Shown: one piece after another, positions 1 through 10,552 of the stretch | Numbering within the stretch: the first letter of the stretch is position 1 | Layout of the letters: each line of letters begins with the position of its first letter | DNA from: Thermoanaerobaculia bacterium | GTDB lineage: Bacteria; Acidobacteriota; Thermoanaerobaculia; Multivoradales; Multivoraceae | DNA: 64,000 bases | Direction: 5' to 3' | NCBI GenBank assembly: GCA_963666565.1 | Contig: OY762911.1 | Span: 448,001 to 512,000, forward strand | The notes under the pieces: generated by a model | The model's input: only the letters and a program-made list of their open reading frames with translations | Told to the model about the DNA's origin: nothing | The model's database searches: none | Made by a program: the position numbers and the translations under genes

Positions 1-939
1 CGCGCGGATGTCCTCCGGCGCGATCCCCGCGGCCATCAGACGCCGGCGTTCGGCGTCCATGAGCTGGAATGACGCCCGGACCGCCTCGTTGACGAAGGAC
101 GGCACGAAGGTGACCATGATCACGCCGCCGTTCTCCGGCAGCCGGCGCAGCACGTCGTCCGGCACGTTGCGCGGGCTGGCGGTGACCGCGAATGCGGAGG
201 AGTGGGAGAAGATGACCGGCGCTTCCGACTCGTCCAGCGCGTGGTGCATCGCCTGCGGCGAAACGTGGGAGAGGTCGACCATCATGCCGAGCCGGTTCAT
301 CTCGCGGATCACCCGCCGGCCGAAGTCCGTCAGGCCGCCGTGGGCCGGCTGGTCGGTCGCCGAGTCGGCCCAGGCCGTGTTGCTCCCGTGGGTCAGGGTC
401 ATGTAGCGAACGCCGGCGGCGTAAAGCTGCCGCAGGACCCCGAGGGACGACTCGATCGAGTGCCCACCCTCGGCGCCGAGCAGGGACGCGACCCTGCCTG
501 CGGCGTGGACGCGCTCGATGTCGTCCGCGCCGAGGGCCAGCTCCAGGTCGTCCGGGTACCGCTCGATCAGCCGCATGGCCATGTCGACCTGCTCGAACAC
601 GACCCGGGCGGCCCCGGCCCCGGTGTAGGAAGTCGGTATGTAGACCGACCAGAACTGCGCCCCGACGCCGCCCTGCCGCAGGCGCCGCAGGTCCGTGTGC
701 ATCGGCGGTACGAGCGCGGCGGTGTCGCGGAAGTCGATCTCGCCGAGGCGGTTCGACACCCGCGTCCGGTACTGCCAGGGCACGTCGTTGTGTCCGTCGA
801 TGAGCGGCGTCTCGCGAAGCAGGCGGAGCACGTGCTCCCGGCTGGCGCGGTCCTCCTGGGCTTCGGTCACGGGCGGTGAACCATAGCTCACCGCCGCGGC
901 CACGACGGCGGCCAGCACGGCGCCGGTTCTTCTCTTCAT
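1..939 (-). CDS. membrane/renal-type dipeptidase (peptidase M19), 3' end runs off window
   Basis: Not in ORF track (truncated). Minus strand reads [16 protein letters not shown]...[48 protein letters not shown], typical M19 motifs; GAGGAGG upstream of ATG. Confidence 0.9.
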   Translation of the reverse strand, partial: MKRRTGAVLAAVVAAAVSYGSPPVTEAQEDRASREHVLRLLRETPLIDGHNDVPWQYRTRVSNRLGEIDFRDTAALVPPMHTDLRRLRQGGVGAQFWSVYIPTSYTGAGAARVVFEQVDMAMRLIERYPDDLELALGADDIERVHAAGRVASLLGAEGGHSIESSLGVLRQLYAAGVRYMTLTHGSNTAWADSATDQPAHGGLTDFGRRVIREMNRLGMMVDLSHVSPQAMHHALDESEAPVIFSHSSAFAVTASPRNVPDDVLRRLPENGGVIMVTFVPSFVNEAVRASFQLMDAERRRLMAAGIAPEDIRA

Positions 940-1021
940 CCTGGCTCCCTCCTCGTCAGGCGGCGATTGTAGGGGAACCGGCAACGAATAGGATCGCCCG
1001 GTGCAGGGCTGCTGGGCAAGG

Positions 1022-1762
1022 ATGATCGGCATCGTCGGTCTGGGCAGCTTCGGCCGTTTCCTGGTTCGCCGCCTGGGCGCCCGTTTCGATCTGCAGGTCT
1101 GGGATCGCCGGGACCTGAGCGCGGAAGCCGCCTCGCTCGGGGCGCGCTGGACGGGCCTCGAAGGCTGCGCCGGCTGCGACATCGTGATCCCGGCGGTGCC
1201 GGTCCAGGACCTCGACGGGCTGATCGCCGACCTGGCCCCGCACCTCGCGCCGGGCGCGCTGGTCGTCGATGTCGCCTCGGTCAAGGTGAAGCCGCTCCGG
1301 ATCCTCGAGCGGCGGCTGCCCCGGCAGGTCCAGTTCATCGGCACTCACCCGATGTTCGGTCCCCAGAGCGCCCGCGGCGGGATCCGCGGCCTGAAGGTCG
1401 TGCTGTGCCTCCCGGAACGCCCGGTGGACGCCGAACGGGTCGAAGCGGTGAAGACTTTCCTGGAGTCGGACCTGGAGCTCCAGGTGCTCGAGATGTCGGC
1501 CGAGGAGCACGACTCCGAGATGGCCTACGTCCAGGGCCTGACCCACTGGATGGCCAAGGCGCTCAGGGAGATTCATGTCCCGGACCCGGCCCTCGGCACG
1601 GTCGCCTACCGGCACATGATGAAGATCGAGGAGAACCTCCGCGACGACTCGGACGATCTGTTCCTGACGATCGCCCGCGAGAACCCCTACGCCGCCGCGG
1701 CCCGCCGGGAACTCCGCGAAAGGCTGCGGGAGATCGAGGAGGCGATCGAGCGGGACGACTGA
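1022..1762 (+). CDS. tyrA: prephenate/arogenate dehydrogenase
   Basis: N-terminal Rossmann [38 protein letters not shown]. Confidence 0.85.
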   Translation: MIGIVGLGSFGRFLVRRLGARFDLQVWDRRDLSAEAASLGARWTGLEGCAGCDIVIPAVPVQDLDGLIADLAPHLAPGALVVDVASVKVKPLRILERRLPRQVQFIGTHPMFGPQSARGGIRGLKVVLCLPERPVDAERVEAVKTFLESDLELQVLEMSAEEHDSEMAYVQGLTHWMAKALREIHVPDPALGTVAYRHMMKIEENLRDDSDDLFLTIARENPYAAAARRELRERLREIEEAIERDD

Positions 1763-1771
1763 TCTCGCCGC

Positions 1772-1828
1772 CGCTTCGCGGCGCGTTTCCTGGCCGCCTT
1801 CGGCGGCGGCTCAGAAGACCCGCGCACC
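1772..1828 (+). repeat. REP-like intergenic palindrome, family A
   Basis: cctggccgcc...GCGGCTC-agaa-GACCCGC-GCACC, shared with 16745, 42580, 42652, 58691. Confidence 0.7.
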
Positions 1829-1878
1829 GGCACGCGGCCGTTCCGGGCGTCAACGCTACGAGCGCGCGGCGCAGGCTC

Positions 1879-2673
<795 letters not shown>

Positions 2674-2750
2674 GGCTCGACTCCCGAGGGGCCCGAAGCC
2701 GCGCACCGCCGCGGCGGCGGCCGCACGCCCCGGCTGGCGGCGGACCGGGC

Positions 2751-2883
2751 GCTCAACCCTGCTCCGCCGACTCCGCGCCGGAAGCCGCCGGCATCTCCGT
2801 CACGGGCCGCCGCCCGACGCGTGCTCAACCCTGCTCCGCCGACTCCCCGCCGGAAGCCATCAGCATCTCGGTGACGGGCTGCC
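2751..2883. repeat. 72-bp-period direct repeat duplicating the 3' end of the binding-protein gene
   Basis: gctcaaccctgctccgccgactcc(g/c)cgccggaagcc... at 2751 and 2823. Confidence 0.85.
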
Positions 2884-4015
2884 ACTTGCCGTCGCGGACC
2901 TCGAAGATCCGCATGCCCTTGACCCCGCGATGGTCGGCCGGCGTGAAGGTGACCGGCACGGTCACGCCTCCGGTCTCGACGCCGTCGAACGACTCGAAGG
3001 CCGCGTGGATGGCCTCGCCGCTCGGCGGGCCCGCGGCGGCGGCACGCCGGATCGCCTCCGTCACCAGCTCGGCCACCGTCCAGCCCTGACCGTAGAGCAG
3101 TTCCTTCCCCTCCATCGACTCGCCCTTCGACGCGAGGTACTCCCTGGCGACGTCCAGGCCTTCGCCGGTCGGCGAGAAGAGGATGGAACCGAGGACGCCT
3201 TCCGCGGTCTCGCCGGCGAGCTCCACCAGGACCTCGTTGCTGCAGTAGTTCAGGCAGGCGAAGCGCAGATCCAGACCCAGGTCGCTCGCGTTCTTCAGCA
3301 CGATCGAGGCCGGCCCCGACGTGTTCTGGAAGACGACCCAGTTGGCGCCCGATTCGGCGATCCGGGTCAGCGTCGCGCTGAAGTCCGTGTTGCCCCGCGC
3401 CATCTCGTGCGGCGCCATCTCGATGCCGATCTGCTGCGCGTACTCCTCGCCTCCCTGGCGCCAGGGCGAGAGACCGAAGGGACTCGGGTGGTGCATCAGC
3501 GCCACGTTCGGCGCCGGACCTCCCGAAGCCTCCGCCACCAGGTAGTCGAGCACGATGTACAACTGGTCCGTGTAGGTCGTGCCGACCAGGAAGTTGTACG
3601 GCGCCTCGTCCGGGTCGCCCAGCACGTGGGAGAACGACGCCGAGACGAAGGGAATGCGGTCGTCCGCGATCCGGCCCCTAAGGGCCTCGGTGTCGCCCGT
3701 GCCCCAGCCCATGAACATGACCGCTCCGGCCTGGACGTACTCGGAGTAGAGCTGTTCGGCCTTGGCGACGTCGTAGCCGTAGTCGTTCCACAGCAGGTCG
3801 ACCTGGCGGCCCGCGATGCCGCCGCGGTCGTTGAGCCAGGCGTAGTAGTCGCGAATGGCCTCGGCGTACATCGTGCCGACATCCGAGGTGGCGCCCGTCA
3901 GGTCGAAGATCGCGCCGATGGTGATCGGAGCGTCCGCTTCGGAAACCGGCTCGCCGCCTCCGCAGGCGGTGAGAAGGAGCAGCGCAAGGGCGGCAAGGCA
4001 TACGAGACGGTTCAT
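2825..4015 (-). CDS. ABC transporter substrate-binding lipoprotein (LivK-like, PBP1 fold)
   Basis: Lipobox LLTAC, IGAIFDLTGATS, WLNDRGGIAG, GWGTGDT. Confidence 0.9.
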   Translation of the reverse strand: MNRLVCLAALALLLLTACGGGEPVSEADAPITIGAIFDLTGATSDVGTMYAEAIRDYYAWLNDRGGIAGRQVDLLWNDYGYDVAKAEQLYSEYVQAGAVMFMGWGTGDTEALRGRIADDRIPFVSASFSHVLGDPDEAPYNFLVGTTYTDQLYIVLDYLVAEASGGPAPNVALMHHPSPFGLSPWRQGGEEYAQQIGIEMAPHEMARGNTDFSATLTRIAESGANWVVFQNTSGPASIVLKNASDLGLDLRFACLNYCSNEVLVELAGETAEGVLGSILFSPTGEGLDVAREYLASKGESMEGKELLYGQGWTVAELVTEAIRRAAAAGPPSGEAIHAAFESFDGVETGGVTVPVTFTPADHRGVKGMRIFEVRDGKWQPVTEMLMASGGESAEQG

Positions 4016-4114
4016 CGTGAAGGTCCCCTCCAGGGGCGCGCCGCGCCCCGAATCGTGACGTGTCGGCAAGCCGGGGGATCATACCGCCCGCGGCGGCCCC
4101 AACGGGCGCTCCGG

Positions 4115-4223
4115 CTAGCGCCCCGAAACGCCTCGCAGACTCGGTGTTTCGGCCCATCCCGTCCGCGCGGCGGAGCCTGCGCCCCGAACTTGCTTCGCTG
4201 CGTTCCGCGGCGCAGGCTCCTAG
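4115..4223. mobile_element. ~110-bp CTAG-bounded MITE-like element, family B
   Basis: Closely similar copy at 36956-37065; both begin and end with CTAG, the right CTAG overlapping a TAG stop. Confidence 0.7.
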
Positions 4224-5263
4224 TACGAGAACGGCCAGACGCGGAAGTAGTCCTTCACGTTGCGCCAGAGCCTGGCGAGCCCTTCCGGTTCGAGCACCAG
4301 GAAGAGGATGATGACGAGCCCGAAGACGCCCTGCTGGACATACGGCAGAACCGTGGCCGCCCAGGGCGCCGTGTCCTGCAGCGAGCGGCCCAGGGTGTTG
4401 ATCATGGCCGGCAGGAGGACGATGAGGGACGCGCCGAAGAACGAACCGGAGATCGTCCCCAGGCCGCCGATGATGATCATCGCCAGGTACTGGATGGACA
4501 CCTCGATCGTGAACCGCTCCCAGGTGACGATCGACCGGTAGTGGGCGAGCAGGGCGCCGGAGAGCCCGACCAGGAAGGACGAGGTGGCGAAGGCGAGCAG
4601 TTTGTAACCGAACACGTTGACGCCGATGGCCGACGCCGCGATGTCCTGGTCCCGGATCGCGACCCAGGCCCGCCCCACGCGCGAGCGGAACAGGTTCGCG
4701 GCGAACAGCGCGACCGCGAGCGCAACGACGATCAGGATCCAGTAGTAGCGGCCGTCGGTGTTCATCCGGGCGCCGAACAGTTCGGGCGCCGGCACGACGA
4801 GCGCTTCCGTGCCGCCGGTGAGCCCGTCCCAGTGCGTGACGACGAACTCCACGATCTGCTGCGCCGCCAGGGTGGCCACGGCCAGATACAGCCCCTTGAG
4901 CCGCAGCGACGGCAGACCGACCACCAGGCCGGCAAAGGCGGTAATCACGGCGGCAACCGGAATGCTGATGTAGAAGGGCACGCCGAATCGCACGGTGAGA
5001 AGACCCGCGCCGTAGGCGCCGATCGCCATGAACGCCCCCTGGCCGAGGGAGATCTGGCCCGTGTAGCCCACCAGGATGTTCAGGCCGATCGCGCCGATCG
5101 TGGCGATCGCGATCTGGTTGGCCAAGTTGAGCCAGTAGGGCGTCGCCAGGAACGGGAACACCACGAGGCCGACCAGGAGCAGGCCCGTGCGCACCTTCTG
5201 CAACGGCATGCGCCGCAGCGCCATGTCGGAGCGGTAGTCGCTGAAGAAGATTCCGGATTCCAT
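4220..5263 (-). CDS. branched-chain-type ABC permease (LivM-like)
   Basis: GLNILVGYTGQISLGQGAF, LRLKGLYLAVATLA, AMIIIGGLG. Confidence 0.92.
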   Translation of the reverse strand: MESGIFFSDYRSDMALRRMPLQKVRTGLLLVGLVVFPFLATPYWLNLANQIAIATIGAIGLNILVGYTGQISLGQGAFMAIGAYGAGLLTVRFGVPFYISIPVAAVITAFAGLVVGLPSLRLKGLYLAVATLAAQQIVEFVVTHWDGLTGGTEALVVPAPELFGARMNTDGRYYWILIVVALAVALFAANLFRSRVGRAWVAIRDQDIAASAIGVNVFGYKLLAFATSSFLVGLSGALLAHYRSIVTWERFTIEVSIQYLAMIIIGGLGTISGSFFGASLIVLLPAMINTLGRSLQDTAPWAATVLPYVQQGVFGLVIILFLVLEPEGLARLWRNVKDYFRVWPFSY

Positions 5264-5311
5264 GGTGGGCAAGGGGACTGCGGGACGCGTCGTCGTGCGG
5301 CGCCGCCGGCG

Positions 5312-6190
5312 CTAGACCCTCTCGATGATCTCCTTGCCGAACAGGCCGTAGGGGCGCACCATCAGGACCAGGATCAGCACGATGTAGGGCACGATGAGTT
5401 CCAGGCCCGACGTCGTGTAGCCGGCGGTGTACGACTCGAGCAGCCCGATGACGCCGCCGCCGACGATCGCGCCCGGCACCGAGTCGAGGCCGCCGAGGAT
5501 GACGACCGGGAACACCCGCAGGCCGATGAAGATGATGTCGTGGCTGACGCCGACGGTGTTGGCCAGCATGATGCCGGCGACCGCGGCGGTGATCGCCGCC
5601 ATCGCCCAGGCCACCGCGAGGACCCGCTTGATGCTGATGCCCATCGACAGCGCCGCCTGCTGGTCGTCGGCGATGGCGCGCATCGCGATGCCGTCCCGCG
5701 TGTGACGGAAGAACAGCGTCAGGACCGTCAGCAGGATCGCCGCGATGGCGATCACGAGCAGGCGGTCGATGCCGACGATCGCGCCCAGGAACTCGACCTC
5801 TCCCGACGGAATGAAGTTGGGGAAGGCCTTGGGCCGCGCTCCCCAGATGCCGTTGACCACGGCTCGCAGCAGGCTCGACAGGCCGATCGTCACCATGATC
5901 ATCGAGATCACCGGCTCGCCGATCAGCGGCCGAAGAACGAGGCGCTCCACGATCAGGCCGATCATTGCCGCGCCCAGCAGCGTCGCCAGCACGCCCAGAC
6001 TCCAGGGCAACCCGAGCTGAGCGATGAAGGCGAACGCGAGGTAGGCGCCGAAGAGCAGGAACTCGCCCTGCGCGAAGTTGATCACGTCGCTCGCCTTGAA
6101 AATGACGACGAAGCCCACCGCCACGAGCGAATAGACCATGCCGTTCGAGAGGCCGGAGACGGTGAGTTGAAGGAAGACGTCGGAGTCCAT
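5312..6190 (-). CDS. branched-chain-type ABC permease (LivH-like)
   Basis: YSLVAVGFVVIFKASDVINFAQGE, GIAMRAIADD, VILGGLDS. Confidence 0.92.
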   Translation of the reverse strand: MDSDVFLQLTVSGLSNGMVYSLVAVGFVVIFKASDVINFAQGEFLLFGAYLAFAFIAQLGLPWSLGVLATLLGAAMIGLIVERLVLRPLIGEPVISMIMVTIGLSSLLRAVVNGIWGARPKAFPNFIPSGEVEFLGAIVGIDRLLVIAIAAILLTVLTLFFRHTRDGIAMRAIADDQQAALSMGISIKRVLAVAWAMAAITAAVAGIMLANTVGVSHDIIFIGLRVFPVVILGGLDSVPGAIVGGGVIGLLESYTAGYTTSGLELIVPYIVLILVLMVRPYGLFGKEIIERV

Positions 6191-6199
6191 CGTCCGCTC

Positions 6200-6365
6200 C
6201 TAGCAGCCCGTGGTGGAAGTGCGCGTCGCACCGAGAGCGGTCAGGCGCCCGTCCGGCAAGGCGCGACGAGGGAGCATACCGGGCCGTATTCGACCGAGGA
6301 GCAACGATGCCGGGCGGGATGCACGGCCGCTCGAATGCAGCGCGACTTTCACTACGGGCTGCTAG
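6200..6365. mobile_element. 166-bp MITE with terminal inverted repeats
   Basis: CTAGCAGCCCGTGGTGGAAGT ... ACTTTCACTACGGGCTGCTAG (19/21 inverted match); right CTAG overlaps the acyl-CoA synthetase TAG stop. Confidence 0.8.
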
Positions 6366-8314
6366 CCGGCGGTGGCGGGCTGAGCGATGCGCAGCCGGGT
6401 CTCAAGGACGGCCGTCGTGCCGTCCTGGTAGGCGATCTCGTTCTCGATCTCGACCGCGTCGCCGCCGCCGTAGAGCGCGTCGACGAGCAGGCGGTAACGA
6501 TCGGCGATGAAGCGGCGCCGCACCTTCCGGGTGCGGGTCAGCTCCTCGTCGTCGGCGTCGAGTTCCTTGTGCAGGAGCAGCAGGCGCTGGATGCGGGCCG
6601 ACTCCGGCAGGTCGCCGTTGATGCCGGCCGTGTGCTCCAGCACGAGCTCGTAGATCTCCGGCTTCTGGGCGAGATCGGTGAACGTCGTGTAGGGAATCTG
6701 GCGCCGCTCCGCCCACTTGCCCGCGTTGGCGAAGTCGATCGTGACGAGCGACGTGACGAACGGGTAGTCGCCGCCGCCGAACACGACCGCCTCCTTGACG
6801 TAGGGGCTGAACTTCAGCTTGTTCTCGATGAACTGCGGCGAGAACTGGGTGCCGTCGTGGAGCTCCATCACGTCCTTCTTGCGATCGATGACGATCAGGT
6901 GCCCGTCGTCGTCCATGTAGCCGGCGTCGCCGGAGTAGAGCCAGCCGTCGCGGAGCGCTTCTTCGGTCGCCTCCTCGTTCTTGTAGTAGCCGAGGAAAAC
7001 GGAGGCGCTCCTGGTCAGGATCTCGCCGCCTTCGCCGAGCCGGACCTCCGCCCCGGGTACCGCGGTGCCGACCGTCTGGAACTTGATGTCGTCGTCGCGG
7101 TGCGCGACCGAAATCCCGGACACCTCGGTCTGGCCGTAGATCTGCTTCAGGTTCACGCCGATGGCGTGGAAGAAGCGGAAGATGTCCGGCCCGAGCGCCG
7201 CGCCGCCCGTGTAGGCCCGGCGGATCCGCCGCACGCCGAGCTTGTCGCGCAGCCAGAAGAAGCAGACGGCGTTGGCGACCCCGTTCAGCATCGCCACGAA
7301 CCTTGGCGGGGCGCCGTGTTCGAGCCGCGCGTCGGCCGCCCGATAGCCGACTCCAAGCGCCCACTCGTAGACCTTGCGCTTGAGCCAGGAGGAATCCTCG
7401 ATCCGGACCTGGACGTCGGACACCATGTTCTCCCAGATGCGCGGCGGCGAGAACATCGTGTGCGGTCCGATCTCGCGGATGTCGTGCTGCACCGTCTCGG
7501 GCTCTTCCGGGAAGTTCAGCGTGAAGCCGACCAGCAGGCCGCAGGCGGCGCCGATCATCTGCTCGCCGATCCACGCCAGGGGCAGGAAGGAGACGAACTC
7601 GTCGTCGCTCTGCATCGGATCGACGCTCTGGAAGCTGTGCGCCATCGTCACCAGGTTGCGGTGAGAGAGCATCGCGAGCTTCGGCTTGCCGGTAGTGCCG
7701 GATGTGGTCGAGAGCAGGGCCACGTCGTCGGCGGCCGTGGCCTCGACCCAGCGTTCGAAGTCGTCCTCCGCGCTGCTCGTGGCGGACCGGCCGATCTTCT
7801 CCACCTCCGAGAAGTCGAGCAGGAAGTCGTGCGGATAGGAACCGAGCCCGCGGGGGTCGTAGTAGATGACCTTCTCGATCCCCCGCCCGTCGCCGTCCGC
7901 GGCGCCGGCCAACTCGTCCCAGACTTCGAGCAGCTTGTCGACCTGCTCCTGGTCCTCGGCGACGACGAAGCGGGCGCCCGCGAACTCGATCAGGTACCGC
8001 ACCTCGCTCGCCACCGAGTCCTGGTAGACGCCCAGGGAGCGCGCGCCGACGGCCTGAGCCGCGAGTTGGGCGATCAGCCACTCGGGCCGGTTGTCGCCCA
8101 CGACGGCTACGATGTCGCCCCGCTCGAGGCCGAGTTCGACCAGGCCGCGGGCGAAGTTCCTGACGCGCTCGGCGTACTGCGCCCAGGTGAAGCTCTGCCA
8201 GATGCCGAACTCCTTCTCGCGGAGCGCGGCCTCGTCGCCGCGCTCGCGGGCGTTGCGGAGCAGCAGCTTGGGCAGGGTGTCCGCGTCCGGCCGCAGTTCC
8301 AGGAGCTCGGTCAT
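6362..8314 (-). CDS. long-chain acyl-CoA synthetase (AMP-binding)
   Basis: TTSGTTGKPK, QIYGQTE, GWLYSGDAG, LTRTRKVRR; ATGA overlap with the upstream ATPase. Confidence 0.92.
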   Translation of the reverse strand: MTELLELRPDADTLPKLLLRNARERGDEAALREKEFGIWQSFTWAQYAERVRNFARGLVELGLERGDIVAVVGDNRPEWLIAQLAAQAVGARSLGVYQDSVASEVRYLIEFAGARFVVAEDQEQVDKLLEVWDELAGAADGDGRGIEKVIYYDPRGLGSYPHDFLLDFSEVEKIGRSATSSAEDDFERWVEATAADDVALLSTTSGTTGKPKLAMLSHRNLVTMAHSFQSVDPMQSDDEFVSFLPLAWIGEQMIGAACGLLVGFTLNFPEEPETVQHDIREIGPHTMFSPPRIWENMVSDVQVRIEDSSWLKRKVYEWALGVGYRAADARLEHGAPPRFVAMLNGVANAVCFFWLRDKLGVRRIRRAYTGGAALGPDIFRFFHAIGVNLKQIYGQTEVSGISVAHRDDDIKFQTVGTAVPGAEVRLGEGGEILTRSASVFLGYYKNEEATEEALRDGWLYSGDAGYMDDDGHLIVIDRKKDVMELHDGTQFSPQFIENKLKFSPYVKEAVVFGGGDYPFVTSLVTIDFANAGKWAERRQIPYTTFTDLAQKPEIYELVLEHTAGINGDLPESARIQRLLLLHKELDADDEELTRTRKVRRRFIADRYRLLVDALYGGGDAVEIENEIAYQDGTTAVLETRLRIAQPATAG

Positions 8315-9126
8315 TCGGCGTCTCCGAGGTACGCGTGGATCACCGCCGGGTCGGCCCGCACCTCGTCCGGCGTGCCGCAGGCGATCGAGCGGCCGAAGTC
8401 GAGCACGGCCACGCGGTCCGAGAGGTCCATGACGACTCCCATGTCGTGCTCGATCAGGACGGTCGTTACCCCCCGTTCCTCGTTCACGTCGAGGATGAAC
8501 CGCGCCATGTCCTCTTTCTCCTCCACGTTCATCCCCGCCATCGGCTCGTCGAGCAGGAGAAGCCTGGGGTCGAGCGCCAGCGCCCGCGCGAGTTCCACCC
8601 GCTTCTGCAGGCCGTAGGCGAGGGTGCCGACCGCCTGGTGGCGCAGGTTCTCGATCTCCAGGAAGTCGATCACGTCCTCCACGGCGGCCCGGTGCCGGAT
8701 CTCCTCCCGTCGCTGGGGACCCCAGTAGAGGCCGCAGGTCAGCACGTTGCCCCGCATGTGGATGTGGCGTCCCAGCATCAGGTTCTCGAGCACGGTCATG
8801 CCGCGGAAGAGCTCGATGTTCTGGAAGGACCGGGCGATGCCGACCTGGGCGACCTTGTGCGGCGCCCGCCCGATGAGCGGGAGCGGCGCCGCTTCCGGGG
8901 CCGGCGTGTAGGCGATCGAGCCCTGCTGGGGCCGGTAGAGACCGCTGATCGAGTTGAGCAGCGACGTCTTGCCGGCGCCGTTCGGCCCGATGATGGCGAA
9001 CACCTCGCCGTGGCGAACGTCCAGGGCGACGTCGTCCAGGGCATGCACTCCGCCGAACGAGAGGGTGACGCCCTCGACCTCGAGGCAGGTCGAGGCCGGG
9101 GGCGCCTGGACTTGGGTCTGGGCCAC
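8311..9126 (-). CDS. branched-chain-type ABC transporter ATP-binding protein (LivG-like)
   Basis: [37 protein letters not shown] end; GTG start inferred from a TACAAT 9 nt upstream. Confidence 0.9.
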   Translation of the reverse strand: MAQTQVQAPPASTCLEVEGVTLSFGGVHALDDVALDVRHGEVFAIIGPNGAGKTSLLNSISGLYRPQQGSIAYTPAPEAAPLPLIGRAPHKVAQVGIARSFQNIELFRGMTVLENLMLGRHIHMRGNVLTCGLYWGPQRREEIRHRAAVEDVIDFLEIENLRHQAVGTLAYGLQKRVELARALALDPRLLLLDEPMAGMNVEEKEDMARFILDVNEERGVTTVLIEHDMGVVMDLSDRVAVLDFGRSIACGTPDEVRADPAVIHAYLGDAE

Positions 9127-9286
9127 GGCTGCGCGATTGTATGCGCCCCTGCCCGCGGACGGACGAATCGCGCCTCGACGGCCGGCTCGGCCGGCCACGA
9201 AACGCGCGCCCGCCTCGCGGACGGACAATCTGCAAAGATCGCCGCGCCGCAGACTCTGGACCGACCAGCAGAACGGAGGATCCTCC

Positions 9287-10546
9287 ATGCCGGCCCGACC
9301 CGTACTGGTTTCAGCACCGCCCGAACTCGACCTGGCGCGACCCGAAGAGGTCGGCCTGAACGCGGCGCAACTGGACCGCATCGACGAGCACCTGCGCCGC
9401 CGCTACCTCGAGCCCGGGAAGATCGCGGGTTGCCTCACCCTGGTCGCCCGGGGCGGCCGGCCGGCCTGGCTCTCCGCGCAGGGCCTGATGGACCGCGAGC
9501 GCGGCCGCGCCATGCGGCCCGACACGATCTTCCGCATCTACTCGATGACCAAGCCGATCACCTCCGTCGCCCTGATGCAGCTCTACGAGCAGGGCCACTT
9601 CCAGCTCGACGACCCGGTCCAGAAGTTCATCCCCGAGTGGCGCGGCCTGCGCGTCTTCGAGAGCGGCAACCACCCGAACTTCCTGACCCGGCCGGTCGAC
9701 CGCCCGATGACGATCCGCGACCTGTTCACGCACCAGTCGGGCTTGACCTACGGCTTCATGGAGCGCACGAACGTCGACGCCGCGTACCGCAAGCTCGGCG
9801 TCGGCGGACCGCATGCCGGCGGCAGTCTCCGGCAGATGATCGAGCAGCTCGCGGAACTGCCGCTCGAGTTCTCGCCCGGCACCGCCTGGAACTACTCGGT
9901 CGCCACCGACGTGCTCGCCTACCTGGTCGAGGTCTTCTCCGGCCAACCGTTCGACGAGTACCTGCGGGAGCACGTCACCGGGCCCCTCGGCATGGTCGAC
10001 ACCGGCTTCACCGTGCCGGCGGCGAACGTCGACCGCTTCGCCGCCAACTACCGGCGCAACCGGAACAAGGAGCTCGTCCTGCTCGACGACCCCCTGACCA
10101 GCCACTACACGCGCGACATCAGCTTCTTCTCGGGCGGCGGCGGACTCGTGTCGACGATGCACGACTACTACCGCTTCTGCCAGATGATGCTGAACGGCGG
10201 CACGCTGGACGACGCGCGCATCCTCGGCCGCAAGTCGGTGGAACTGATGACGATGAACCACCTCCCCGGCGGCAGCGACCTGACCGACCTGGCGGTCGGC
10301 GCCTTCAGCGAGACCACCTACGAGGGGGTCGGCTTCGGCCTCGGCGTCTCGGTCACCCTCGACCTCGCCGTCGCGCAGTCGATCGGCTCGGTCGGCGAGT
10401 ACGGCTGGGGCGGCGCCGCCAGCACCGCCTTCTGGATCGACCCGAAGGAGGACCTGATCGTCATCTTCATGGTCCAGTTCTGGATGTCGGGCACCTTCAA
10501 CTTCCGGGGTCAGCTCAAGTCGATCGTCTATCCGGCGCTGACCTGA
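9287..10546 (+). CDS. serine hydrolase, beta-lactamase (class C/esterase) family
   Basis: [11 protein letters not shown] (SxxK), [27 protein letters not shown]; GGAGG RBS. Confidence 0.9.
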   Translation: MPARPVLVSAPPELDLARPEEVGLNAAQLDRIDEHLRRRYLEPGKIAGCLTLVARGGRPAWLSAQGLMDRERGRAMRPDTIFRIYSMTKPITSVALMQLYEQGHFQLDDPVQKFIPEWRGLRVFESGNHPNFLTRPVDRPMTIRDLFTHQSGLTYGFMERTNVDAAYRKLGVGGPHAGGSLRQMIEQLAELPLEFSPGTAWNYSVATDVLAYLVEVFSGQPFDEYLREHVTGPLGMVDTGFTVPAANVDRFAANYRRNRNKELVLLDDPLTSHYTRDISFFSGGGGLVSTMHDYYRFCQMMLNGGTLDDARILGRKSVELMTMNHLPGGSDLTDLAVGAFSETTYEGVGFGLGVSVTLDLAVAQSIGSVGEYGWGGAASTAFWIDPKEDLIVIFMVQFWMSGTFNFRGQLKSIVYPALT

Positions 10547-10552
10547 GCCGCC

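Noticed and set aside
2751-2883. Diversity-generating retroelement TR/VR pair
   Set aside because: Differences are not confined to adenines and no reverse transcriptase is in the window.
9287-10546. Beta-lactam resistance gene
   Set aside because: Motifs fit the broad esterase/serine hydrolase family and there is no signal peptide.
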